The translations under genes and the position numbers were made by a program. From an uncultured Thermoplasmata archaeon (GTDB lineage: Archaea; Thermoplasmatota; Thermoplasmata; Lutacidiplasmatales; UBA184), in NCBI GenBank assembly GCA_963696985.1, contig CAVOMG010000001.1, positions 299,024-363,023 of the forward strand: a stretch of DNA of 64,000 nucleotides, in the 5' to 3' direction. The notes beneath the pieces are model-generated. The model had not been told where the DNA came from. It made no database searches and saw only the letters and a program-made list of their open reading frames with translations. Positions 33,960 through 44,582 of the stretch are shown one piece after another. The stretch's first letter is position 1; each line of letters begins with the position of its first letter.

Positions 33960-34211
33960 CTACTCCTCGAGGAGCTTCTCGATCCGCTCGAGGATCTCGT
34001 TCTCGACCTTGTCGCCCTTCCGTCCGCCTTCCCAGCGGGCGTTGACGAGCTGGACGAGCTGGTCGGCGAGTTGGTCCATCCACGGGCCTTCCGAGGCGTC
34101 GAACCGCTTCTTGATCTTGTCCCGCAGAAGCTCGTTGTAGGCTCGGTAGGCGCTCCACACCCACGGCCCGTACGAGGGGCCGTGTCCACAGCCGTCGTCG
34201 TTCTCTCCCAT
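33960..34211 (-). CDS. small helical hypothetical protein
   Basis: Strong host codon bias, amphipathic helices. Confidence 0.7.
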   Translation of the reverse strand: MGENDDGCGHGPSYGPWVWSAYRAYNELLRDKIKKRFDASEGPWMDQLADQLVQLVNARWEGGRKGDKVENEILERIEKLLEE

Positions 34212-34306
34212 CGTTGTTCCTTCTGGGCCGAAGTCGGCCCGAAGGTCCGACGGCGCGGGGGAGGATATTGAGCGGAAAGCACTGGACCCGGTCACACTCG
34301 ACCGGG

Positions 34307-34900
34307 TCAGTTCGGCTCCCAGGGGGCCGGCTCCTGGGCGTACGTCGACACCTCGCCTTCAGACGCTCCTTCGGGAGCGTGGCGGACCGCTTCGAGGGCC
34401 CGCGCGAGCAGGGTGTAGGCGGCGTCGTCGGTCTCCGAGTCGTCCGAAGTCCCGTCGGTCATCACCCTCAGTTCGTCGTGGAGCACCGAAAGCATCGCGC
34501 GTCCCCGTCCCCCGCCGACCGTCCAAACGAGCCACGGATCTTCCGGGTGATCGTAGACGCCGAGCCACCTTAGGGAGCCGACCCACCGTCCGGCCAGTCG
34601 GCCGAGCAGTTCAGTCCCTGAGACACCGTTTGGGAGGTGGCCCGACGCCACGGTCCGGGCGGGAGGGGTCTCTTCCGGTCTCGGACCGGTCGGATCGCGC
34701 AGGGAGTAGCCCTGACTCGAGCGCGTGACAGCCCCGGAGCGTTCGAGCCGCCGAAGGGCGCGGACGAGGGACTCCGGATGGACCTTCAGGGTCCTGCGGA
34801 GCCCGCTGAAGGCGATGGTGCCAGAAGTGTCCGAGAGGAGCGTGAGGACCTGGTCCTCGACCCGAGGCTCGCGGGGTCCCTCCTCTGACCACTCTTTCAT
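34307..34900 (-). CDS. winged-helix domain protein
   Basis: FSGLRRTLKVHPESLVRALRRLERSGAVTRSSQGY. Confidence 0.75.
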   Translation of the reverse strand: MKEWSEEGPREPRVEDQVLTLLSDTSGTIAFSGLRRTLKVHPESLVRALRRLERSGAVTRSSQGYSLRDPTGPRPEETPPARTVASGHLPNGVSGTELLGRLAGRWVGSLRWLGVYDHPEDPWLVWTVGGGRGRAMLSVLHDELRVMTDGTSDDSETDDAAYTLLARALEAVRHAPEGASEGEVSTYAQEPAPWEPN

Positions 34901-35002
34901 CGCCCTGACATCCGGTTTGGTCGGTATAGTTCGGCGGTTACCCGGTGGTAGGCAGGTGGCGGTCGCCGCCAACCCACGGTGGCCCAGTCGTATCGGCGGG
35001 GT

Positions 35003-35650
35003 TCAACGGGGCGGAGGTTGCCGGCTCGAGCGGCGGATTAACCGGGCGCCATAGGAAGGGATCCGACCCCATCGGCCGGCCCGGTATTCGGCCCGGTCGA
35101 ACCGGAAACGCTCTTCGAACGCTACCGCGACCTCGGCGACCGAGGGCCGGTGCGGGGGCCCGAACTTCGCCGTGTGCTCCCTCGCCACCCAGGTGAGGGC
35201 GAACCGACCGCCGGGGCGGAGGACCCGCGCCAGTTCCTCGACATACCGCCCCCTAAGCGGGATCGGCAGGGTATGGAAACAGCCAACGTCGATCGCCCCG
35301 TCGAAACTCCCTCGGCGGAACGGGAGGTCGAGGGCATCGGCGACCCGGAAATCGACCGCCCGCCCCGTCCGGGCAGCCCGGGCGCGCGCGGCGGCGATCG
35401 CGGAGGGCGCGAGATCCACGCCGGTGACCTGGAGGCCGGACCGATCGAGGAAGAGCGAGTTGGTCCCGGCCCCGCAGCCCACGTCGAGGATGCGATCGCC
35501 CGCGGCGAACCACCCGTCCGTGACCACACGTTCGACCCATGGAAAGGGCTGATTCGAGAACCACGGGAGCTTCCGATAGGGCGTACGCTCGTAGACTTCC
35601 CGCCAGTGCTTCCGGTCTTCCTCCGGTAAACCCTTCGGCTTCGCGGTCAG
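35003..35650 (-). CDS. class I SAM-dependent methyltransferase (start uncertain)
   Basis: WREVY..LPW, ILDVGCGAG, GVDLA, DVGCFH, LRPGG. Confidence 0.88.
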   Translation of the reverse strand: MTAKPKGLPEEDRKHWREVYERTPYRKLPWFSNQPFPWVERVVTDGWFAAGDRILDVGCGAGTNSLFLDRSGLQVTGVDLAPSAIAAARARAARTGRAVDFRVADALDLPFRRGSFDGAIDVGCFHTLPIPLRGRYVEELARVLRPGGRFALTWVAREHTAKFGPPHRPSVAEVAVAFEERFRFDRAEYRAGRWGRIPSYGARLIRRSSRQPPPR

Positions 35651-35822
35651 TCTGGACCCCTCCCCCGCAGCACCCGAGACGCCGGAGGAGAAGAACGGCT
35701 CGGAAGGGCGGGTGGTCGGATCCCGGTCGGACCGGGACGGCGAGCGGTGGGTCGAAGCATCTCGCGACTCTCGACCTTCGAGCGCCCCCAGTTATTATAT
35801 TTGGAGCACACTGGCGACGACC

Positions 35823-36054
35823 ATGCCCGAGATGTCGTCGAAGAGCTCCACCGGCCCAGCTGCCCGACACTGCCATCGCCCAGATCGTCCAGATGAACCC
35901 CCGGCGCGTGACCGTGACCCTCACGCTGCCGGTCTCCGGCGGCGAGGGCCGCCCCACTGTGACGCTCGAGTGGTCCCGCGAGGACACGACGATGCCGCTC
36001 TCCGACCTGCTCCACCGGATCGAGTCGTACGTCGGGCGATTCGGGAGCAAGTAG
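35823..36054 (+). CDS. small hypothetical protein (probable 5' frameshift)
   Basis: TTATTATA at about 35792, ATG at 35823, protein-like frame QMNPRRVTVTL...IESYVGRFGSK. Confidence 0.5.
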
Positions 36055-36120
36055 ACCGAACCCCCGGGGCGCCGGACCACCGGCGCCCCTACCTGCCGAC
36101 GGAAGCCTTCTCGCCCAGGT

Positions 36121-36768
36121 CTAACCGCCGACGATCTTCATGGCGACATTGTAGCTCTTCAGAGCACCCGCGATCCGGACCCACAGCGGGACCCAGGCCT
36201 CGATCCACGTCGCCTCGCGGAGCTCGCCCACGTCGATGGTTCTGGGCCAGCCGAACGTGGTCAGGATCTGGGTGACCTCGCGCTTGGCCGCGGGGTCGTC
36301 CCCGCAGATGATCATGTCGGGGGCTCCGTCGGGGGTCTTCGGGTCGATCATCATGCTGTTCGGCACCATGTTGAAGCACTTGACCACCCGGCCCTTGGGG
36401 ATCTTGGCCTGGATCCGCTCCGCGAGCGAGTCACGTCCGTCGGTGAAGACCCCGGGAGGCATCCCCTTGGAGAAGTCCAACGGGTTCGTGGTGTCGATGA
36501 CGACCTTGCCCGAGAAGTGAGCTGGTCCAGCAAGCTCGACCGCCGCCTCGGCCGCCTGACCGAGAGTGGCCACCACGAGAAGCTCCCCATGCTTGGCGGC
36601 CTCGGCAAACGTGCCGGTCGAACCTCGCGCGCCGACCGACTTCTTCCACTCGGTCAGCCCCGGGCTATTGGGCGTCCGTGAGCCGATCATGACATCGTGC
36701 CCTCGGGCAACGAAACCCCGTCCGATCGCCTTTCCGACATCTCCGCTCCCGAGAATCCCCACCTTCAT
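36121..36768 (-). CDS. F420-dependent NADP oxidoreductase family (dinucleotide-binding) protein
   Basis: MKVGILGSGDVG, IGSR, VIDTTNP, VVKCFN, ICGDD. Confidence 0.88.
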   Translation of the reverse strand: MKVGILGSGDVGKAIGRGFVARGHDVMIGSRTPNSPGLTEWKKSVGARGSTGTFAEAAKHGELLVVATLGQAAEAAVELAGPAHFSGKVVIDTTNPLDFSKGMPPGVFTDGRDSLAERIQAKIPKGRVVKCFNMVPNSMMIDPKTPDGAPDMIICGDDPAAKREVTQILTTFGWPRTIDVGELREATWIEAWVPLWVRIAGALKSYNVAMKIVGG

Positions 36769-36946
36769 CGATCCCACCGGCCCTAGTCCGCTCATGGTCG
36801 AGGTGGCACATGAGGGTTCCCAAACGGCGCCGCGGCAGGGGCTCCGGAGCCCGGATCCGCTGTGAATGGACGCCGCGATCCGTGCCGATTCGCGGGCTCG
36901 ATCGGACCGAAGCCCTCATTCGAGCGTCCCACATCGGCGTAGACCG

Positions 36947-37465
36947 ATGGAGGCGAACGCCACGTTGGACGCATCGCGACCCGCCAGGTCACCGGCGCGG
37001 TGGTCCCGATCGACCGACGTCGATTGGAGTCGCCCCCATCGCGAGTGGTACTTCCACGGCGTGCTCGTGTTCGACGTTTCGCTGGTGAAGGCGCACCTGA
37101 GCCGGGTACCGGTTCCGGTCGAGTACATCGCGCTCGATTCGCTCACCGACTGGCTGCGCTCCCCGGAGGACCCGCGTCGTGTCGGCCGGCTCGCATCGCC
37201 AATCGACCCGGCGAGAGTCCCGGATTCGGACCCCGGCTTCCCCCTCGTCTTCCTCGACATCGGCCCGCGGCGGTACCTCATCGACGGCCACCACCGGCTC
37301 GAGCACGCTCGCCAGCAGCGAAAGGCGGAACTCCCGTCGGTTACTGTTCGATGTCCGGAGATCGCGCGCGCGGCGATCGCAGAGTTGAGCCCCCCGGTCG
37401 TCTACTGGTGGACCTGGTCGTCGCTACGGCGATTCTTCGTTGGCCGCCGCGCCCCCGCCGGGTAG
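36947..37465 (+). CDS. ParB/Srx-like domain protein
   Basis: P-L-V-F followed by YLIDGHHRLE motif. Confidence 0.65.
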   Translation: MEANATLDASRPARSPARWSRSTDVDWSRPHREWYFHGVLVFDVSLVKAHLSRVPVPVEYIALDSLTDWLRSPEDPRRVGRLASPIDPARVPDSDPGFPLVFLDIGPRRYLIDGHHRLEHARQQRKAELPSVTVRCPEIARAAIAELSPPVVYWWTWSSLRRFFVGRRAPAG

Positions 37466-37505
37466 CCCGTTGGACTAGGCGGGGCGACTCGGGGCCACGA
37501 ATCGA

Positions 37506-37982
37506 CTACGGTTCTGGGTCCCGTCGGGGGCCCTTTCCCAAATCCTGGGCGCGCGATGGTCGCCGCCATCCAGCCCAATTCCGGAACCGAACCAAGGCGC
37601 CCGTCGGCGACCTTCCCCCATCCAGCTCTACCTGGCTGAGGACCGCGGCGGTTCTCGAGGTGACGGGGATCGATCGGATCCGGGGGCCCTCGATCGGTGG
37701 GGCGTCCTGGGTCTTGAGCGCGGCCGTCGCCATCTCGACCTGCCTTTCGAGCGCGGACATCTGCAACTTCTGGACCTTCGTTTCCACGGTGGCTCGAAGG
37801 GCGGCGACGAGGCTCCCGAGCCGCTCGACCTTCTCCCCCTGCTCCATGGCTTGCCGCTGGACCAAGGCCAACTGCTCACGCGTCGTGCCGAGGCGAACCC
37901 ACTCCATCCAGGCAAAAAGAACGGCCAACGCCGCCCCGATGAGGGCGATCGCAGCGATGGTCTCGGCCAGGGCGTCGACCAC
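37506..37982 (-). CDS. membrane-anchored coiled-coil hypothetical protein
   Basis: N-terminal TM helix followed by a Q/E/L/A heptad-like region. Confidence 0.55.
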   Translation of the reverse strand: MVDALAETIAAIALIGAALAVLFAWMEWVRLGTTREQLALVQRQAMEQGEKVERLGSLVAALRATVETKVQKLQMSALERQVEMATAALKTQDAPPIEGPRIRSIPVTSRTAAVLSQVELDGGRSPTGALVRFRNWAGWRRPSRAQDLGKGPRRDPEP

Positions 37983-38472
37983 CTTGGGGAGACGAAACTC
38001 ATGGTAGAAAAACTTTCGGCCGTAGGCAATCTCTTTCCGAGAGCTCCTGTCCGGCTCGCCCGTCAGTGTTTGGGACGGGAGGGCCGCTTGGCACCCACGT
38101 TCCGAGTAGTGGACCCGCGATGTCCGCCGACGGGTCGTTTGGACCGGGGTATAGTTCGAACGGGGAGAGCTGCTCACCCGGCTTCCTAGGTCAGGCTCGG
38201 GAACTACTGAAGGGACCCGGCGAAACTTTCGACTCCTCTCCGCCGGACTAGATCTTGAATACGCCGGCGTTGAGGGGAACACCCATCGCGACTGAGCTCG
38301 GAACTTCCATTCTCCCGGCGGGGTCCACGAGGCTGCAGAGGGGGCCGTAGAGAAACCCAATGTTAGGAAAGGGTGGCCGCACCACACCCAAGTTGGGTTT
38401 CCTGGGAGACTGTGAGCCTCGTGAAGGGGTGTTGACCGCTCTCGTAGATGCTGCCCTGAGGCTGAGCCGGTC

Positions 38473-38909
38473 ATGAGTCAGCCGTTTCCACCGACGAAAG
38501 CTGGCGGGAAGGGACGCGTCCGCCGCGTCGTTCCGATCATCGTCGTCGTCGTCATCATCGCCGCCTTCCTGGCGCTGGTTCTGATCCCGGCACGTACGGA
38601 TGCCCGGGCTCTTTCCGTCTCTCCCGGAGCACTGCCGTTGTCACCTTCTCGGTCCACGGACCTTCGTGGGTCATCGTTCACTTTGACAAACATGGAAGCG
38701 CGGGAATGCACTATTGGAGGAACGGGCCGTCAGGAATGATGTTCAATCGCTCGATGATGGGTGCCGGCGGAATGATGGGCGGAGGGGGCGGTTCCGATTC
38801 CTACTCCTCCTGGACCTGGGGTGGTGAGTTCCGTTGCGGCGCCGAATACTCGGGCCTAGGGTCCGGTACCATGCCCGTTTGGGTCAACATGACCTCGGCG
38901 ATTCTGTAG
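38473..38909 (+). CDS. small membrane-anchored protein, frameshifted or pseudogene
   Basis: TM helix VVPIIVVVVIIAAFLALVLI; continues in another frame with MMGAGGMMGGGGG. Confidence 0.5.
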
Positions 38910-39133
38910 GTGGACCCATTGTGGCGGGGTGATCCCGCGATTTGAGAACCCACCCGATTCGTATCCCCTTCAAGAGCTGCCGGTTCCCTTTCACCCAAAG
39001 CGTCCTTTTCCTCCGCCCCGCGGATGGCGGCTTCACCAGACCCAGCTCCGGGGCCCTGGATCCAGGCCGGGTGAGAACCTGTCGGGCCCAGTTGCCTTCG
39101 ATCGTTTCAGGTACTCAGGCCCTGAGGGAACCG

Positions 39134-39607
39134 CTACGCAGGAGGTCGCTCGAGCAGGACGAGACCGTGTTTCGCAAACAACGCGTCTCGGGCCTGAGGC
39201 TCCGGGTGCCCGGAAGTCCGGACGAGGAGTTCATGGAACTCCTCGAAGAATCGCTCCTGAAGATCGGCCGGATGGAAGACGATGAAGGCGCGGCCGACCC
39301 CTTCACCGACATTCTTGAGGCCGTGGGCCCCTTGGGAAGCCACGTGATGGATGTCCCCCGGGCCACCCTTCTTGGCGACCTTGCCCTTGAGACCTCTTGA
39401 ATAGAACTCGAACGAGCCCTCGATGATCCCAATCGACTATTGGGCGGGGTGGGTGTGGAGGAATGCCGGCCCGGCCCCCGGCGGGAATACGTGCTCCATT
39501 ACCGAGTAGGCGCCGCTCGTTTCGGAGCCACGTATCCGGCAGTACTGGGTGACACCCATGACAACGAACGGTCCCCGGCTCGCGCTGCGCGAGGAGGTCT
39601 CTGTCAT
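39134..39607 (-). pseudogene. cupin-domain gene, disrupted
   Basis: GSETSGAYSVMEHVFPPGAGP..HTH then stop at 39437; continues PGDIHHV..AHGLKNVG..ERFFEE. Confidence 0.7.
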
Positions 39608-39849
39608 AAGGTCCTTGGCTGGGTGAGCGACTCTCACTTCATTTGGAGCAGGTTCGTATCCTCCGGAGTGATGGCGGCGGACCCTCGGACCAGGGGTACA
39701 CTCGATGCGGCGCGAGCGAACGAACCCTGCCGTGTTCGTCGACTGCCGTGGAGCGGGGTCCCACCAACAGCGACGGCTTTCAGATCCTGACCGATTAGAA
39801 CGAGGCGAGGTGTCCTGAGGTCTCGTCACTTGAACTCGGGGAAGGGAGA

Positions 39850-40125
39850 ATGACGGATTCCGTCAGGACTGCACTGATCTGGGTCCCCCTTGCCATCGCG
39901 GCCATTGTCTTCATCATCCTAATTCCGTTTCAAGGGGACAGCTCTCTCTACTGGGGTGCATACACCGACTTATTGATAGGTTGGACCGGTTTATTCGTGA
40001 TGCTGGGCTTGAGATTCGGGTTTGGCGCTACTCCAAAGGGAATTGCAGACGAGATTGAAGTCAGGGCAAGCGAAGACCGGTTGCAGAAGCGTAGCCCTGA
40101 AGAAATCGAGAAAGATATCGCTTAG
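39850..40125 (+). CDS. small two-TM protein
   Basis: GGGAG before the ATG, two hydrophobic helices, lower GC than the flanks. Confidence 0.65.
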   Translation: MTDSVRTALIWVPLAIAAIVFIILIPFQGDSSLYWGAYTDLLIGWTGLFVMLGLRFGFGATPKGIADEIEVRASEDRLQKRSPEEIEKDIA

Positions 40126-40241
40126 TGAACCCACCCTTACCCGGCACGACACGCAGCACCCGCGAAATTAGTGGGCCCACGAGGGAATGGGGCATGTCGC
40201 TTCGTCGAAATCGAGAATCTCCCATCGGGTCGAACACCGGT

Positions 40242-41244
40242 CTAGTCGAAGGCCCTCCCGGGGACCCTCCAGCGGCTCCGGACGCTGACGGCCCCCGAGA
40301 CACTATCTACATGCGCTACGACCCCAGCCGCCCGGCCCCAGAAGCTCATCTCCAGGGAGTACCAGAACACGTCGAACCCTCCGGGGACGCCCCGGACCTC
40401 GGCGAACGGGTGAGTCTCGCCGAGGATCCAACTCGATTCGAACGCCGTAGTGTAGCTTCGCTGCAGGGCCCCTTGCTCGTCCTCGATAGGCATGGCTCCG
40501 GCGGGGACCCAAGGGGACCTCGATCGATCGCGGGGAGGCCTCGAACCCTCGGAGCAGATGGTACGGGGCGAATTCGAGCCTCCGCCGGAATTCGGATCGT
40601 TCTTCACGGAAGAACACGAAACGGAGCGGGTTCCCTTGCGGGATCACGGCGGAGTAAGCCTCCCGGCGCTGGGCGACCCCGGCGAGAGCACGCCCGAGGA
40701 TCCGGACAACGAAATAGATGGCCGCCGCGGCAAGTAGGAGGTAGGTCGTGAGACCCCAGAGCTCCAGCGAGATTCGGCCACGTTCGTAGACCAAGAGCCC
40801 GTAGGCGAACACCGTGAACGCCATCGAGCCCACATTGACGATCCGGTCCACGTCGAACTTGTACTCCGTCGGCGAGAAGGGGGCGAAGATAGGGACGGAC
40901 CAGTGATCTAGCGAATCGAGGAAGACGTGGGAAAGGCCGCCGACCTCCAGGGCGAGGAAGAATAGCACGAGCGTTCCGTGGGAGAAGCTTGAGCCGAGCC
41001 CCCAGGCCATCGCCTTCGGGATGACGAAGCAGCCTACCGAGGCGATGATCGTAACCCCCACGATCGAGTGGGAGATCCCTCGGTGCCGGAGGATCGGGAA
41101 CTTCTGGGAGAGCGGGTAGAACGCTACATCGGCGTCCGGGAGGGCCCCGCCGATGGCCGCGGCCACCACGTACTGAAGGCCCGCGGCTCCGAAGATGCCG
41201 AAGCCGAGGAGGTAACCGAGCAGGAGGTGGCTGAACGGGTCCAT
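40242..41244 (-). CDS. membrane-bound metal-dependent hydrolase (YdjM-like; frameshift near 40500)
   Basis: MDPFSH, LPDAD, HRGISHS, SHVFLD. Confidence 0.88.
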
Positions 41245-41379
41245 GCGTCGGTGGGTGGACGGAGGGACCGACCCTTATGGATTGAGGCCGGAGACCATCA
41301 CCGCCCCGGGGTCTCGCCCGAAAGGACCCAATGCCTATGAACCGGTTCCAACCTTGGGACCCGGGTCGGAAACGGGACC

Positions 41380-42408
41380 TTGGCGGACCTGACCTACATC
41401 TTCCTCGTCATTACGCTCGTCTTGGATTTCGTCTTCTCGCTTTGGAATGCCTACGCGTCCGGCTCGAGCTGGGTCCTGGTCAGGAACCAACCCGGCCAGC
41501 TGTTTGCGAAGACGTGCGCCGTTGTGGGGGTTGCCCTCGGCTTCGTGGGCGTCTCCTACGTGCTGATCATCGTCATCTCCTACGTCGCGCTGCTCGTCGG
41601 CGTTCTGGCAATCGGCGAGTTCCTCTTCCTCGTCGCGTTCGACTTCCTGATCTTCGGGGCGATGATCATCGGCTTCGGTCTCGTCATCACGGCTCAGTCC
41701 ATCGCGATCGCCTACCGACAACGGAACTATGGTTCCATTGCCGTCGCCGCCTGGAACGTCTTCTCGGAGATTTGGGACATTAGCATCTACGCCGAGGGAT
41801 TCCGGGATGCCGCCGGGACGGTGACCGATGACCGTGAACGGGTCAACGTCTACGCCATCGTCGCGATCGCGGTCGGCCTCGCATTCCTCATCACGTTCGT
41901 CGCCTTCCGTCATGGCGCTCGTCGGGCGGAGGACGCCATCGAAGCGAACCCCCGGCAGGCTGACGCCGAGCGCGGAGGGTCGCCGGGCACCACATCGGCC
42001 CACGCTCACGAGATCCGACCCCGGGTCCTCTACGCCGGGATCGTCGTCGTGGTGGTCATCATCGTCGTCCTCGCAGTGTTCGTATTCACGTCGCCCCGCC
42101 CGAAGGTGCACGTGACCGAGATTGACGTCTGGGCCCCCGACAATGTCTGTGGTCTCGAGGCGAATCCGGTTTCCTACGACGGGTTCGACGACTCGCCCGG
42201 CGGTATCGACGCGTTCTCGCTCGAGTTGCCGAACTTCAACTCGACAACGTGCTCCCTTCACTCCGTGGTGACGAACACGAGTGGGTTCGGGCTCTCGAAT
42301 GTCCAGGTCCCTGTGACCGTGCTTGGAGGTCACAACGGCACGCTAGACCTGACCATCACCGTCCCTGGGAGTCCTTACAACGGGATCTTGAACCTCGTGT
42401 ACGCTTAG
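41380..42408 (+). CDS. multi-TM protein with C-terminal extracellular beta-sandwich domain
   Basis: Five or six TM helices, then an NxT-rich beta domain with two Cys. Confidence 0.75.
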   Translation: MADLTYIFLVITLVLDFVFSLWNAYASGSSWVLVRNQPGQLFAKTCAVVGVALGFVGVSYVLIIVISYVALLVGVLAIGEFLFLVAFDFLIFGAMIIGFGLVITAQSIAIAYRQRNYGSIAVAAWNVFSEIWDISIYAEGFRDAAGTVTDDRERVNVYAIVAIAVGLAFLITFVAFRHGARRAEDAIEANPRQADAERGGSPGTTSAHAHEIRPRVLYAGIVVVVVIIVVLAVFVFTSPRPKVHVTEIDVWAPDNVCGLEANPVSYDGFDDSPGGIDAFSLELPNFNSTTCSLHSVVTNTSGFGLSNVQVPVTVLGGHNGTLDLTITVPGSPYNGILNLVYA

Positions 42409-42803
42409 AGTGGCAGGCGCGCCTTTCGAGCCGGATCTCGCCCGGTCCTGCCTGTCAGGCAGGTCGGTCAGCTCGCCGTCCAGGAGATCGGCGTCGCGTC
42501 CGCGACCCCCTTTGCCATCCCCAACCAGGAGTCGACGTCGTGAACATGTTCCAACGGTGTCTCGCGGGCCCAGCTCATCGCCGCCCGCAGGGCCAACGGG
42601 TTGACGTCAGCTGAATAGACGTCCCAGATCGAATTGGCAGGCTGGATCTGTTCCGGAGGGGCGTTCGATCGAGTGCCCCACGGTTGGGCCAAGATTGCTC
42701 CAACCTTCGCCGGGGAGTCGAGCAGCCACTGATGCGCTTGTACTGAAAGTTCAAGTCCCCCGCGGTGAGAGACTCCCCGAGAGCCGTCCGCCGGACCCGA
42801 GAC

Positions 42804-43718
42804 CTAGTGCCGCTCGGGTACCGCGGCCACTAGAATTCCGGCTCCTGCCCCCAGGAGTTCCGGCCAGCGGCCGGTCTCCTCTTCCAACCGAAGCGCCGTC
42901 GCATAGGCGACGGGATCCCGTCGGATAGTCCGCAGGAACGCGGGCTGGTTACCGAAATTGGGTCCGATGGCCATCATGTCGACGTTCCGCAAACCCGCGG
43001 CCGCCAAGTCCCGGTTCAGCTCAAAGGGCCGTCGCCAGATGATCTCTAAACGCGCCCAATGCCCGGGATCGTGGGGCTGGTAGCCGTCCCGGACGACCCG
43101 CCAGAGGTGGAACTCCTTCGGGTGGTGGAGGATCATCCGAGCCCCGGAGGGGTTCGGCGAAAGCAGGGTCATCGTCGCCTGGCTCGGTGTTTGGATCTCG
43201 AAGAGCATCCTGCCGCTCGGCTTCAGCAGTTGGCCCAGATCTCGCAGGACGCGCGGGAACTCGCGGGCGACGAACGGCAGGACCCCCAGGGCCACGATCC
43301 GATCGAATGACCGAGCGCGAAGGGGCAACGCCTCCAGCGAGCCTTCGATGAAGTTCCACGCGCTGCCGGGGTCTGGACGGGGGAGCCCCCGACGGCACGC
43401 CTTCAGCATCGGCAGGGAAAGGTCGAGCAGGCAGAGCGAGGAGTACTGATTCGCCAACAATCGGCTGAACCGACCCGGCCCGGGTCCGACCTCCAGGCAC
43501 GAGCCATCGACCCGTGGTGCATGGCGCGCCAAGAATCGGTGGATCAACTCCCGCCGATAGCTGCCGGTTACGCCCCGGGCGTACCGGCCGCGCTCGCGAG
43601 AGACGCCAGCTTTCCCGAAATAGGTCTGGAGGTTCTCATGACGCTTGACGAGGCCACCCGCGCGAGCGCGGTCTCGCCGCGGACGGTTCCGACCGTTCCG
43701 CCGATTTCCTGTCGCCAT
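42804..43718 (-). CDS. class I SAM-dependent methyltransferase (start uncertain)
   Basis: CLEVGPGPGRF, LDLSLPML, SFDRIV, LKPSG. Confidence 0.85.
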   Translation of the reverse strand: MATGNRRNGRNRPRRDRARAGGLVKRHENLQTYFGKAGVSRERGRYARGVTGSYRRELIHRFLARHAPRVDGSCLEVGPGPGRFSRLLANQYSSLCLLDLSLPMLKACRRGLPRPDPGSAWNFIEGSLEALPLRARSFDRIVALGVLPFVAREFPRVLRDLGQLLKPSGRMLFEIQTPSQATMTLLSPNPSGARMILHHPKEFHLWRVVRDGYQPHDPGHWARLEIIWRRPFELNRDLAAAGLRNVDMMAIGPNFGNQPAFLRTIRRDPVAYATALRLEEETGRWPELLGAGAGILVAAVPERH

Positions 43719-43789
43719 CCCGGTTCGAAGGCACGGTACGCCACCTTTTGAACCTAAAGCCGCCCGTATGGCCGCCGGGACCAGTTTGG

Positions 43790-43803
43790 CAGCCACTGGA
43801 GGG
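43790..43803 (-). repeat. att-like copy of the tRNA-Thr 3' end
   Basis: CAGCCACTGGAGGG, identical to 47817-47830. Confidence 0.85.
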
Positions 43804-43940
43804 CAATGACGGAATGGTCAAAGCCCCATTTCTCGCGCAGTTCGAATGATTTGGCGTGCCGCGGAAGGGGTTCCCACCGGAGGTTCAGATCCACGACTCG
43901 GCCTCGCCTTCAAGAGTACACGTAAAGTTTTTAGTAAGCA

Positions 43941-43959
43941 ATGGTTTCAGGTAAACCAT
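43941..43959 (+). promoter_or_regulatory. palindromic operator of the vapBC operon
   Basis: ATGGTTT-CAGGT-AAACCAT overlapping the start codon, downstream of AT-rich TTTTTAGTA. Confidence 0.7.
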
Positions 43960-44194
43960 GAGCGATACTTCGGTAGTTAGCGTGAAGGTCGCCCCCGAGG
44001 TTTTGCAGGAGGTTCGACGGTCCAAGCAGGACATTGATTGGCCCGAGGAGCTCCGGCAATTCATCCAGGGCCGTCTTCGACGATGGCAATCGGAACGCGT
44101 GCTCGCCGAGATCCACGCGAAGCATGTCCGATTGAGCCCGCGGCCCCGGGGCTTCGCCGCCGGTCTCCTGCGGGAGGACCGTGACGGTCATTGA
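43958..44194 (+). CDS. vapB: VapB-type antitoxin
   Basis: N-terminal VVSVKV strand, IDWPEELRQFI, LLREDRD tail; overlaps the PIN gene. Confidence 0.85.
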   Translation: MSDTSVVSVKVAPEVLQEVRRSKQDIDWPEELRQFIQGRLRRWQSERVLAEIHAKHVRLSPRPRGFAAGLLREDRDGH

Positions 44195-44582
44195 TGCTTC
44201 CGCTTTCGTAGCCTTCGTACTTCGTGAGGAACACTGGGATTCCATCGAAGCAGTGCTTCATGAGGGGCCGACGTCGGTCGAGTTACTCCCTCTCGAGGCC
44301 ACGAACGCCGTCCTCACCGCACAGAGGCGAAAGCGAGTGGACCTGCCGGAGGCGAAGGAGGCACTCCGCATGATCCGGGATCTTTCGGGGCTGACGGTCA
44401 CCCTCTCGCCGCACCCTCCGCTTCTCGCTGCGACGTGGGAGATCGCGCACGACCAGGAGCTGACCGTATACGACGCCGTGTACATCGCGCTCGCTCGCCG
44501 GGAACGGACGGCGTTGGCATCGAGGGACCGAGCCCAGCTGATCGCCGCTCGAAACGTGGGGGTCCGCGCTCTCGAAGTCTGA
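44181..44582 (+). CDS. vapC: VapC PIN-domain toxin
   Basis: VIDASAF, EATN, TVYDAVYIALA, SRD. Confidence 0.93.
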   Translation: MTVIDASAFVAFVLREEHWDSIEAVLHEGPTSVELLPLEATNAVLTAQRRKRVDLPEAKEALRMIRDLSGLTVTLSPHPPLLAATWEIAHDQELTVYDAVYIALARRERTALASRDRAQLIAARNVGVRALEV

